Assembly (NCBI RefSeq): GCF_009914755.1
Contig: NC_060931.1
Strand: one strand, 5' to 3'
Source: the human T2T-CHM13v2.0 reference genome, Homo sapiens
Length of the DNA stretch: 64,000 nt
A model generated the notes under the pieces. That model made no database searches. It was not told the origin of the DNA and saw nothing but the letters and a program-made list of their open reading frames with translations. Positions 27,256 to 39,499 of this stretch are shown here, piece after piece. The position numbers were made by a program, and so were the translations under genes. Numbering within the stretch: position 1 is the stretch's first letter; each line of letters starts with the position of its first letter.

Positions 27256-27338
27256 AACTATGCTGAGTAAAAGGAGCCAGACCCAAAAGACCATCTATGA
27301 TTCTACTTATATGAAATCTTTAGAAATGCAAAAGTATA

Positions 27339-27750
27339 GCCAGCATGGTGGTTCATACCTGTAATCCCAGCACCTTGGGAGGCCAAGGCGGGCAGATTAC
27401 TTGAGATCAGGAGTTTGAGACCAGCCTGGCCAACACGGCAGAACCCAGTCTCTACTAAAAATACAGCCAGGTGTGGTAGTGCACGCCTATAATCCCAGTT
27501 ACTCTGGTGGCTAAGGCACAAGAATCACTTGAACCCGGGAGGTGGAGGTTGCAGTGAGCCAAGATGATGCCACTGAACTCCAGCCTGGGTGGCAAAGGAA
27601 GACTGTCGAAAAAAAAAAAAAAGAAAAAGAAAAAGAAAAAGAAAAGAAGGAAGGGAGGGAGGGAGGGAAAGAAGAAAGAAGGAAGGAAGGAAAGAAGGAA
27701 GGAAGGAAAAGAAAAGAAAAGAAGAGAAAGGAAGGAAGGAAGAAAAGGCA
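27339..27750 (+). mobile_element. Alu with tail expanded into a ~140-bp polypurine (GAAAA/GGAA) tract
   Basis: Alu dimer 27339-27607, then a purine-only tract; imperfect TSD gcaaaa(g/c)tatag. Confidence 0.93.
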
Positions 27751-29159
27751 AAACTATAGAATCAGAGAACAGATTAGTGGCTGCTGGGGCCTGGGGTAGG
27801 AGAGGAGACTGACTATAAACAGGCAGGAGGGAACTTTGTCAGTCGACAGTCATGTTCTGTAGCTAGATTGGGATGAAGTTTGCTGTTAAAAATGCACTAA
27901 AACTCACCAAACTACACTTAAGATGGGTAGATTTTGTGGTATATAAGTTATACTTCAAAAAACTATAAATAAGAAAGTTAACTGGAACATCCTGTGCTTT
28001 CCAAATCAAGACACCTTTCAGAGGATACATTCATAGCCTTTGCCCCGGGTAAGTGCTTTCAAATATAATACTCTAGTCCCAGTATAAATTCAATATACCT
28101 GTTTCTAAACACAGAGTATTAAGCGATACTGAGAGAAATGGCAGATATATTAGCATATGAATCTAAATGTATTATTGAAAGAGTGGTTTTAAGAGAAGTG
28201 TAGACAGCAGCCTACTCTAATGAAAATAAATGTCAATGAAAATAAGCTACATTTGTCATTTTCATGAAAAAATTATTTCTATCATCATCTGCAAATCAAT
28301 TTCCTTAATAAGGGTTCGTGACAATTTTCAGGATTTCTTGAAATGATTTTTATGATATATTAAGACTCATTTCTACATAACCTTGATTTCAAATCAAAAT
28401 TGCTTTTAACTTCACATTCACAGGTATGTGAGCTATTAAACCTAAGTCAGGCAGAGAGGATCAGTTTCATCAAGCGTCTCAGATGAGAGCGTTCACACCC
28501 TTCTCTTCTTCACGTGCCACACTGCCTCCTCTTTGTCTCCACTTCACCGGGCATGCTGAGGATTATGAACACTTTTCAAAGTCAACGCTACTGACTTCTA
28601 TCTTCCTAAGCAAAAATAAGCCACCAAAAGTAGAGATTTATAAAAGAAAGCAAGCTCAGACTTAGTTTCTGAGAAGTCCATTTCCTCACACAGAGGAGTC
28701 TGGGTCTCTGCCTGTTGGAGGAGGTGGCTGTCTGTGTGCTCTGATGGAAATTCTGCCAGTTTCCTTCAGCAGTTAACACCCTCAGCTTCAGGGCCGAAAC
28801 ATGCTCCAGGTTGTCCTTTGGCTGAAAGCCCGCTAAAATGGCAATAATTCCCTCTGACCACAACAGCCTTGCGTGTGGTGCTTTCTCTTAATTATTCCTC
28901 CTGCCCCTGGTCCTTCAGCTCCACATTATTCCCACTCTCCAAAAATTCTATTCTTCACTTCCTTCTCTTTCCAGCTTAGGTCCCATGGGCCACCCTTCAT
29001 TTTTCTGACCAGCCCTCTCAACTCCTTTTCCTCCTTCTTTTTACACCATACATTCTTGTCTAGGGAAAGACCCCAATTCAGAACAGTTTTGCCTATAAGG
29101 ACATGAAGCCCAAATTTCCCATGTGACAGACCCACGTGGGGGAAAATGATAAAGTAAAA

Positions 29160-29370
29160 AGAGGATAGGCTGTTGAGTCAGAGCCTAGCTTAAATCCTGG
29201 TGCTGTCACCTACAAGCTGTGTTGCATTGGTTATGTTCAACAAGCTCTGTGTGCCTTAGTTTCCTCACCTGTAAAACGGGGCTAATTTACCTACCTCCGG
29301 GGCTGTTGAGATAAATATGGAATGAGCATAGCGATGTGGCAGGAGCTTAGTGGACCCTTAGTAAATGGTG
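29160..29370 (+). mobile_element. MIR
   Basis: gtgccttagtttcctcacctgtaaaacgggg core. Confidence 0.75.
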
Positions 29371-29523
29371 ACAAAAGCCTAACAAACAAGCACTCTGATG
29401 TCCATGTTCACTGTTGTTCTCTCGACCCAGTCTGCTTTCTCCACTTTCTACTTGGTTCCTATCCTCCTTGTGGCCTGGATAACACCTACTTATTCCTGGA
29501 GACTCCACTAAAATGTCAACCAT

Positions 29524-29743
29524 TAGAACTGCACTGTCAAAAACAGCAGCCATTAGTCAAATGTGGCTACTTACATTCAAATTAAGATTAATGAATATTA
29601 AAAATCCAGTTCCTCAGTCACACTGTCCACAATTTGAGTGCCCAACAGCCACATGGGGCTGGCTAGTGGCTACTGTGTTGGGACAACACAGCGTGGAACA
29701 TTTTCATCATCACAGAAAATTCTATTGGACAGAGTTTCTCTAG
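29524..29743. mobile_element. MER3/MER33-like hAT-Charlie MITE
   Basis: gcagccattagtcaaatgtggctact...cagttcctcagtcacact...ctagtggctactgtgttgg...ttctattggacag. Confidence 0.7.
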
Positions 29744-29924
29744 AGGAAAATGTCTTTGTTAACCCTCTCCTAAAGAACTCGTGTACTTTTATAAGCATAC
29801 TCATCACTTCCTAAAATGAGTGTTGATTCTTTTACTCCATAAATTGTGAACTTCTTGAAGTACCACTTAAATCCATACAAATTTGCTAAATGAACTGTTG
29901 AATAATTGGTTAACAAGCCTTTTT

Positions 29925-30620
29925 AAAAATCAAAGTCAAGTAACAACAGGTGCTGGTGAGGCTGTGGAGAAACAGGAACGCTCTGACACTATTGATGGGA
30001 ATGTAAATTAGTTCAACCATTGTGCAAGACAGTGTGGTGGTTCCTCAAAGACCTAGAACCAGAAATACCATTTGACCCAGCAATCCCATTATTGGGTATA
30101 TACCTGAAGAAATAGAAATCATTCTATTATAAAGATACATGCATGTGTATGTTTGTTGCAGCACTATTCACAATAGCAAGGAGATGGAATCAACCCAAAT
30201 GTCCATCAGTGATAGATCGGATAAAGAAAATGTGGTACATATAGACAATGGAATACTATGCAGCCATAAAAAGGAATGAGATAATGTCCTTTGCAGGGAC
30301 ATGGATGGAGCTGGAAGCCATTATCCTCAGTAAACTACTGCAGGAACAGAAAACCAAACACCACATGTTCTCACTTATAAGTGGGAGCTGAACAATGAGA
30401 ACACATGGACACAGGGAGAGGAACAACACACACTGGGGCCTGTCGGCGGGTGGAGGGAGAGAGAGCATCAGGATGAATAGCTATTGCATGCAGGGCTTAA
30501 TACCAAGGTGTTGGGTTGATAAGTGCAGCAAACCACCATGGCACACACTTACCTATGTAACAAACCTGCACATCCTTCACATGTACCGCAGAACTTAAAA
30601 TAAAATTTGAATTTTTAAAA
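29925..30620 (+). mobile_element. 5'-truncated L1PA-type 3' fragment
   Basis: ORF2 end and 3' UTR (cacatgttctcacttataagtgggagctgaacaatgagaacacatgg...aacttaaaataaaa). Confidence 0.93.
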
Positions 30621-32204
30621 AAGCTTTTTGAAAAATAAACCTCTTAATTGTCTGGAGGCTCAGACAATTTCCATGAGGAAGAGTGCCTGATATCTTTGCT
30701 TTCAGAACCTGGTCCTGAGAGATTTTGTCTAGTTTTGCTTCCTATTCCGTTTCTCAAACCATTTCTAATCCTTAACCCATTCAGGCAAGCGGAGCCCTCC
30801 ACCACGTGGCCAGAATTTCCTGACGTCCAAGAAAGGGCATTAAACAATATGGCTTCTGAGAAAACATCTAATATCAGATAAGTCATTGAATATAAAAGTT
30901 CATCTCTGTACTCACAGTGCCAGAGTCAGTGCCTGGCCCACAGTAAACACCTAAAGAGTATTTATTGAAAAAAATGAATGGGTTGTTATTTTATCAGGGA
31001 CTATACTCTTAGGGAGGAATGAGGTACAAGGGGAGAGATGCTGGAAAGGATGGAGAGCCAATATGGAGGAGTACTGAGCTGCCGAGTGTGACTGATTGCT
31101 CAATCCACAGACCACACTCCCAAGAAGGTGGATAAATGGGAGCTCAGAACCAGCCCTGTGATGGAGTGGGGAAAGGGAGAAGAACTTACTCCCGGGATGT
31201 GCTTGGTCTAAGATTCACCCCCTTGCTCCTCTGGATTGTGCATTCCAGAGCGTGGGCATTAGTGGAGTCTGCAGTGATGTCAACATGGGAGTGTTGGGTG
31301 GGAGATGAGAGGGGTACTGGTGTGAAATTGGCTGGGGCCCACACAGAGCTGGAACAAGAGATGGGGAGGCCGAGGCTCTGGAGTGGTGCATAAACAGGTG
31401 TTGGGCACAATGTATATAAATTAGCCTTTTAAATTATCTACCATCATGGGCAGGACTTGAGACTGGAGGATAGGCCATTTGGGGAAGGTTTATGTGGGGT
31501 GTTCTCATATTCAATTCCTGGCAAGGTTCTAGGTACATTGGAAGTATCAATAAGAATCAACTGGTTGATTGCATAGAGGCATCTAAGCAGGCCAGTATGA
31601 TACTAGGTACTAGGTTCCTAAAGGGGGACACTGATGGAGGGGAAGTGAATGTGGGGACATGAGGAGAAATGGTGGACAGAAAGGGGCTGAAAACAAACTT
31701 AATCCACTTTATAATTTTGTCTGGGTCCAAGCTGACTTGGAAATATTCCCTATGTCCTCTCCTTTGTTCTAAAAGCACCCAGAACCCCTTCCGAAGTTTC
31801 TTCTTTAATAAGATTTCCTAATCATTATAAAACCCACTTAAGACCCAGGTAAAGGTTGTGCTCCTAAGGATCAATAAACTCAACTTTCCACTAGATTTTC
31901 CTGAAGCCCAAGCACTGCTCTCTTTGTTTTCAGCATATATCACCACCGCCTAAGTTAGGTCTGTTGTCCAGTAAGTAGATAGTATAGCTCTCTTTTGCTC
32001 CACACATTGTCTACAGCTGACAGGTATCATTTGGAGAATAAAATTAGCAAATGTTATTGCTGTGTCTATTTATATTTTATTAATCAACAGATTTTTAGCA
32101 AATTTTGGTTTTATCTCCATGAATCATAGACTTGAAAGGCCAAAGACACTCCAGGGAATTCTTTATTTTAGCATCTTCTTTCCAGGCAAAAAGACAGGAC
32201 ATCC

Positions 32205-32790
32205 CCATTAGAGTTGTTGTATTGGACCCCTCGTGTGCACCACTTCAAAATCCTCTTGGGTTGTTCCTCTTATTTCAGCCACAGCTGTAGACACCTGTTT
32301 TCCTGGAGGCTTTGAGCAGCTTGGCACAGGTGCTCTAGGACAGTGGCCTCACCTTGACCCTCATAGGGATCTCTTGCTTCCTGCCCTAGCCATCTCTAAT
32401 CTTGGTTAATAGTTCTAGAAATCCACTCTGCACTCAAGCACAACCCAGCAGTGCAGGGGAGTTAGTCTTGTGAGGGCCAGTCTAGACCAGTGAAGATCTG
32501 GAGTCAGTGGATAAAAGCACTCCATTTCATCCCCTGGCAGACAGTTCTGAAACACTTCATAAACCCTTTCACCAGTCCACTGGGATCAACCAGCCAATGC
32601 AATGACACAGGCTTCTGTTGGCTCCTCCCCTCACTTTCTTCCACTCCCCCTTTCTGCATTTCTGCTCCTGAGGATCACATTTCCAAACAAGCTACTTATG
32701 CACAAGTCCCCAAATGCTGAGCCAGAGACTAAGGCTTGTGCATAAGTAGTCTCTGGCTCAGCTTTTGGGGGACCCTAGGCTAACACAAGT
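32205..32790 (+). mobile_element. LTR16-like (ERVL) solo LTR
   Basis: LTR16-like 3' end ctcctgaggatcacatttccaaacaagctac...ttttgggggaccctaggctaacaca. Confidence 0.55.
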
Positions 32791-34132
32791 GGTTGGCAGT
32801 CTTAGATTGGGTTTGCAAAATCTCATACCCTGGATTCATGCTCCCAGGGTGCATCACCCATGATTGGTCCCTTGATGCACCCACCACCTCCCCGACAGAA
32901 GGACTCCTCAACTACAGTGATGTGGTGTGTGTGTGTGTGTTTGATGTGTGTATTTTTTCCAAGGCTGAAATAGGAAACAGGAAAGAGACATTCCCTGAGA
33001 ACTTTTGTGCCTACCCTTTTTTTGGTTCTCTCACTTGTCTCCTTTATACAAGGAGGACACAGATTTAGAGAGGCCAGATAACTCATCCAAGACCACACAG
33101 CAAGAATTCAAACTAGAATTTGAACCCAGTCCTGTGGATTCAAAGTCCATAATCTTTCTACAGCATGGGAACAGCAGACAAATCCTTATAAGTCTTGAGC
33201 ATCCTTTTACTTCCACATGTACTCCTTGAAGATCTATAGGACACACTTTACATAAGGCATGACCTGTAGATGTGCAGTTTCACTCTTTTCTGGGGTCATT
33301 TCTTCTCAGGTCTCTGCATTTGGTCCTTCTCCATCTCCTTTGGAAAACAAGGTGCTGAGCTGCTTTCCTGGCTCATTTTGACTCTCAGTGTAAAAAGTGT
33401 TCTGCTTTGTTGGCTAGATTTTCCCCTTTTCTTCCTCCACTGGGTCACATACTTTCACCACGAAGCCTTTTGGCTTATCTTTTTATTCTCCTTTGCCTCA
33501 TTAGAAGCATAACTACAGACTCCCTTGGTGCAAATTCCTTCACTCTAGGCAGAAGTGCAGAAGCTACCACGTGGAGAAGCATTTCCCAGACATCTTCAAT
33601 GTCTCTTCAAGCTTGACTTGGGGGAATGCATAGGAAGGAAGGTGAACATCATAAACCCATGGAGACCACTGACACAACCCTCATCTTCCAAGGTGCTTGG
33701 TTAGAGTGAGTGTCTCATCCCTACGGCCCCCACAGGAACCACGTGGATGCCCTGTGGCAGAAAACCCCCAATTTCATCTCAGTCTCTAGATTCCAGGAGG
33801 AATAACCAAATCATATTATCTTATCTGCCTGCTTTATTTCACTGCGTTCATGAAACACCTTCACAGAAAAGAATTTCATTTCTTTCCTTGCCTAGTGTTT
33901 TTTCTTTTTGTGCAGAAATGAGAACTGATGTTCTTTCTCTCCAAGTGTGGGATGAGAATAACACTAACTCCAAAGGTTAGAAAGAAAGAAATCCTCTGTA
34001 CATGAATGACACAAATAGTCTGGCCTCTTCACTAACAGGTGCAAAGGGCCATAAGAGCCAATTGCAGTGTATTGCCCTAACTCCGAGCTTCCGCATCAGG
34101 CAGTGCTGAAACAGGGCCTGCCTGCTTCCTGC

Positions 34133-34151
34133 CAGCGCCATCTGGCAGGTG
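34133..34151 (-). promoter_or_regulatory. Candidate CTCF site
   Basis: Minus strand CTGCCAGATGGCGC matches 13/14 of CCRCCAGRKGGCRS. Confidence 0.5.
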
Positions 34152-34595
34152 CTAGTGTGGCTCAGCCATGAGCCAGGCTGTATAATTGCCTCAAATCATG
34201 GTGGGGTGCTTCTCTGAAACCCTTACCCCTACCATGAGTGCAACTGTCACATAGAAACCACTTAGGAAGCTAGAAGTCATTCATCTGACCCACTCCACAG
34301 AGCCTGGCTCACAGGCTTATGGGATGACTTAATCAGAAAGCTAATTTTCATGTTGGGTGGGTGCCACCAGCAAGGAACACATGTTAGACAGCTGAAAGTG
34401 ACCTGGGCCAGGCCTCATACCAGTCCAGCAATCTGAAGAGTTCTTGAACTTCATTTACCCTATTATACACTCAAGTCTTCCTGCATTCAGTCTTTCCATA
34501 TTGCATTGCCTGCTGTTTTTAAAACATACCATAATATTACTACTATGTTTAATACTATGTATATGAAAATATAATATGGCTTTAGCATCTTTGTT

Positions 34596-34879
<284 letters not shown>

Positions 34880-37476
34880 TGCATCTTCTTTTCTACTTCC
34901 TGTGTAAAGCCCTCTTTTCATTTATCTAGGAAGACATATTTAATGCTGCATTATTTTATTTTTAATTATGCTTATATTCTTTATAAGCTGAGTTACATGT
35001 TTTCTTGGCTTAATCAAAAAAGATACTGCACAACTGGGACTATGGGGAAATCACAAGGACCTTAAGGTCTTGGGTCTCACCAACAACACAGATTATTCTT
35101 CTACCTTTCCTTAAAATGAGCACTCTAAAAATGGTCCAACAAACTGGAATTTCAGAAACATCTTCATGCTTCATACCAGTTGATACAATATTTATCTTAA
35201 CTGGCATCAATCGTTTATACAATACCTATCTTTATTAGTCTCCTAATGGCAACCCATTGCTTCTTGTGGGCTTCTTGGTAGTTAAGACTAAAAACAAAGA
35301 CAATTTCTCTGTTCCTGTAACAAACACCTAATAACTCTCTTTCCCTGGGTTGTCTTCTCCTAACCAGAAATCAGAGCCTGTATCCAGTCTTATTAATTGA
35401 CCTCGTTGAGTTTCTAGGTTTCCAATTCCACGTGTTTTGAGGGAAAGAAAAAGTTATTCTCTTTTTAAGGTATAAGGAAAACACAATAATCTCAACACCT
35501 CCTCTTCCCTCCAACAGCAGATGAATAATAGGGGGTCTCCAACCGGACAGAAAATGAATGCTGTCCTCACATTTGTGTAAGAGGAGCCGAGACATCTGGA
35601 TGTGAAGCCCCATCAAGTGCTCCCAGGGGCAATGGTGGCACCTGTGGAACCTCCAACAGCTCATGGAGCCCCACCTTCTGAAAGATGTTCAGAGCTGAGT
35701 GTGCGGGAGCCGTGGCTCATACAGGGCTTTGGGAGACAGAATCACATTTAGAAAGTAAGGCTGTGTGACAATACCCAGGGCACATTCCCAGCTGTCCCTG
35801 CCTTTATCGTTTGTAGGGACCTGGTGCTTTGCAGTTCTCCTGGATCCTGCATAAACCCTGGAGCTTTGGGATACAGGCTAATGGAATATCCTTGCCCCTG
35901 GGGGAGGGCTACACTGGTGTCCTCACCCTTGACTTCATGGTGATGGTGGTTCACCTTGCAGATGGATCCCAATGTCCCTCTGTGAGACATAGATGATTTC
36001 ACAGCACAGCTTTTTTGGGGTCTATCCTGATCTGACCCAGTTTAACAGTGGGTAGAGTCCTCCATGTCTTTCTCCATCATCTCCTGGGAACCAGTTTCAC
36101 ACCTGACCTCTATTTTATGCTTTCCAAATTACACAGGAAAATTTGGCTTCCTTCTGGAAACTCCTAAAGTGCAAAACACTCATGTTTTTAACTGCTCCAT
36201 CCCTATTATAATAGTCAATACATATTAAGCACTTACTGTGTGCCAGGCTGTCTGTGCCAAGAAATTTGCAAACATTAGCTTACTTTATCTTTACAGGAGT
36301 TCTCTGAGATAGGTATTATTAACATATAATGGTTTGTTAATACAAAGTTTCACAGATGCTTCCAGAATTCACAAAAAACTGTGCACAGTGTCTTTAAGAA
36401 TTAACTGGCACATTCATACCTTGATGAGAGCATTCTCTTTTAATCATGCCCTTCTTATTTGCCATACCATTTACAACAAAATACACCATTGATGTTTAGC
36501 TAAATGAAAGCTGAAAAAGAAAATTGGTGAATGAGAAAGCCAGTGGTCATGAAAGTGCTAGAAATATTCAGCAGTTTGAATAGCTCTGAACTGTGTAAAT
36601 CATTTGAAATATTCCTTCCCCCACCTATGAACTGATTTTTATTGTTTTTCATAAATTTTTTCTTTTTTTCATAGTATTAATGTATTGTATGTGTTTTCAA
36701 ATATTTTCTCATATATGAAAAGGGCCATTCCACAGTGTTCTTTGTAAGCTTTCCCTCACATCATTGTTTTGGATGAGGCTTTATGCTTCTCAAAGCAGTG
36801 AGATAACAGATAACACAGAAGCCATGTGCTGGCACTTCTATTCAGGTTGGCATGGCCTCAACCATTTTGAGTCAAATTTCTGTCTAGTCTAGTAGGACCA
36901 TTTCCTAAAGTTGTATCCATACTAGGAAGGCAGATATGAAGAAATGCTGCTATGCTACCAATCAGAATAATGTAGGCTTTGGGGTCCTGGGCTGGTAAAG
37001 CCTGGGTATGATGGCTAAATTGAGCTGTTCTTACCCAGATGAGGCTTATGGTCATCTGCTCTGTCTCCAAAGGTAATCAGCCACTGCACATGAGGTTTAC
37101 TACACTGCACACGCATGTGTGTTCTCTAGGTAAATTTAAATGATATTTTTTGGGGGGAATCTGAGCTCAAAGAGATAGAGTTCAAATCAGATCCAGTGTC
37201 TTTTCTGTCTCTAGGTGCCCAAAATTGTCATAAAGAGACAATCTCTTACCTTCTGAGAAATATCAGTCATTCCCTGTGACTCACACCAGCTTCTATATTT
37301 AGAACTGGGTCTCCTGCCATCTGATGCAGGCCACAGATGAACAGGTCTCCTGCCATCTGATCCATACGCCACACTTCAGGCTATGTTATCCCTAAGCCCA
37401 CCACATCCACTTACGATTGAGGACAAAGGAAAAAGAAAGGGCCATCATCTTTATGTGTCTTTTAAAGGACATTCCT

Positions 37477-37920
37477 GTCAGTAAGTAGAAAGAGTCTAAG
37501 ATTTTACCCCGCTAACAAGTTATCCTATTACAGTTTTATAGAGCAGAGGACAAAAAACTACTGGGTCAAAGACAAAGACTTTATTCCATATAGCAATAGC
37601 AGTAGCCAGAGTATCAGTAATTTCTTGAACTGGTTCCTAAGACTCCAATTATTCCAATAGGGTGTTATAAAGAGGGCCACATGACACCCACACACACAGC
37701 AGATTGCATTACATGAGAGAAAACTCTGAGCTTAGGGAACCAGAATCTTTTATAATAAGCGGTAAGCATCCCTCCATGCTCTAGAAGGAAACACTTTCTC
37801 TGCCACTTAAGGCTACTTATTATACAACTGTTATTTTAAAAAACAGCTCTGGAACAAAGGGCAACCAGTGCCTCTGCTTGCAAGATGTGTGATTAGAACT
37901 ATAGAGAATTTTCTCCCAAG
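37477..37920 (-). mobile_element. ERVL-class solo LTR (MER54/73/74-like)
   Basis: Minus strand starts ttgggagaaaattctct...catcttgcaagcagaggcactg and ends ...ctgaca; family recalled, tentative. Confidence 0.5.
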
Positions 37921-39050
37921 AATCCTTTGATTTTGCTGTTGCCAGTTATGGCAAAAAGGCATACTGTGGCTTTATAATATAGCAATTGCTCCCTCAATAG
38001 GCAACCACACACTTTCGGTCAGGGTTCTTGGGCATTTGGCTTTGGGCCTTGAGAATCCCATGGTTTCCAAAGAGAATGTAAATATAAATAATGATGTTTG
38101 ATTACACGTGTCCGTATAAAGGTATTCCACTTTGAAAAGTAACTTAGGAAAAAACAAAAACCCCAAAAAAGCCCACTTAAAATTTCACACATTTTTTAAA
38201 AGGGAAACGGTTTTATTCCTTACGCTTTATTTGAATTGGAACCCTGCATTTAAATTTTAGCATGTTGAGGTTCTTTAGAAAGGAAAGATAAGTTTACATA
38301 CAATCCCAGACAGAATATAAAAAAGACTCATCAAAAGAGAATTCTAATTCCAGTCAAGTGACCCTCTTTCTACAAATTGTTAATTAAAAGCTCAAGGGTA
38401 AAATAGGACAAAAAACCCATTTATTCATTTTCAGATAAAGGTCAGTTCTTCCATGGTATAACATTATTTTCCCTAGGGCAGTTATATTCATACATAGAAT
38501 CTACTTTAGCAAAAATATTATCTGTTTAACTGGAAATCTATACAGATAATTAAATTCCTGCTATCTCACACAGCTACCTCTAGTCTTATGGAATAAATGA
38601 GTGCACATCAGGATTTTTAAACACTGAAGCTTATATTTAGCCATTTTCTCATTAATATAGCAAATAAGTAAAATTCATTTACACGGCATTTCTTCACTTT
38701 TAAAGAGCAATGTTTCCTGTTCACTCTGCACTTTTAAAGTGTAAACACAACATTCTTGCCATAAGAGATAAAAAGACTATATTCTCTTCAAAAAAGTGCT
38801 TTTATGTGAATAAAAAGGAAGTGTATTCGATTTTGTAGAATCATCACAAACAGAACTTAAAATCACACTAGAAATAGATGCTAACAGAAAGCTGTTGAGT
38901 TTCCTTGCAAACAGGAAAAGAAGCAGTGGATGTTCCAAAACTGGGGATCCTGTCAATGGCTGGGTCTGCTTAGTTGTGTGCAGTGCTCTGAAAGGGCTAC
39001 ATCAGAAATTCCTTAGTAAATGAGTAAGTGAGAGTCAGAATCTAAAGGCT

Positions 39051-39154
39051 ATGCCTGCCTTGGCAGCACATAAACAGACACCTCAACTGTGCAAAGATGG
39101 CTGGCATAACCTCTGTGCAAGAGAAACACATGCCCACAAAGTATTCCATGCTTC
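39051..39154 (+). pseudogene. Highly diverged U6 snRNA retropseudogene
   Basis: Ungapped manual alignment to U6 nt 1-71 gives about 46/71 identity (exact GGCAGCACATA); 3' end aagtattccat resembles AAGCGTTCCAT. Confidence 0.7.
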
Positions 39155-39233
39155 TGAAAGTGCCTAAAAGATGTGGGTGATAGTGTCTACAATTCCCCCA
39201 TCATCTCCTGGCTATTTCAGAGTGAAGAAATGA

Positions 39234-39286
39234 GCGGGGCGGGGGCGGGGGGGGGGGGGCGGGTAGGGGGGGCAGCGGTGGCGGGA
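39234..39286 (+). repeat. G-rich low-complexity tract (G13 run, GC boxes); G-quadruplex potential
   Basis: gcggggcgggggcgggggggggggggcgggtagggggggcagcgg seen directly. Confidence 0.85.
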
Positions 39287-39499
39287 AGAGGACATGCAAT
39301 GAGCAAGTCTTTTGCTTTTAAAATATATGACCACATTCTCTAGAGGATTGTTCTACAGTGTTAGTGTAAATTCAGTAAAAATGTTGAGGGAAGAAATGCT
39401 GATGGCAGCCTGGTGAATTCAGTCATGTGAAATCCAGCTCCTATGAATGGTTCAATACCTGAAACAGTATACAGGCATCTTCATTACTCTTCTTACATG

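Larger units (their letters stand above)
24640..27965 (+). mobile_element. Old L1M (L1MB/L1ME-like) 3' region hosting two Alus and an SVA
   Basis: ORF2 remnant (FSKEDIQISNKHMKRCS...MQIETTMRYYHTP) continues collinearly across the insertions. Confidence 0.85.

Noticed and set aside
27670-27745. GGAA microsatellite as an EWS-FLI1 response element
   Set aside because: At most about 3 consecutive GGAA units; too interrupted.
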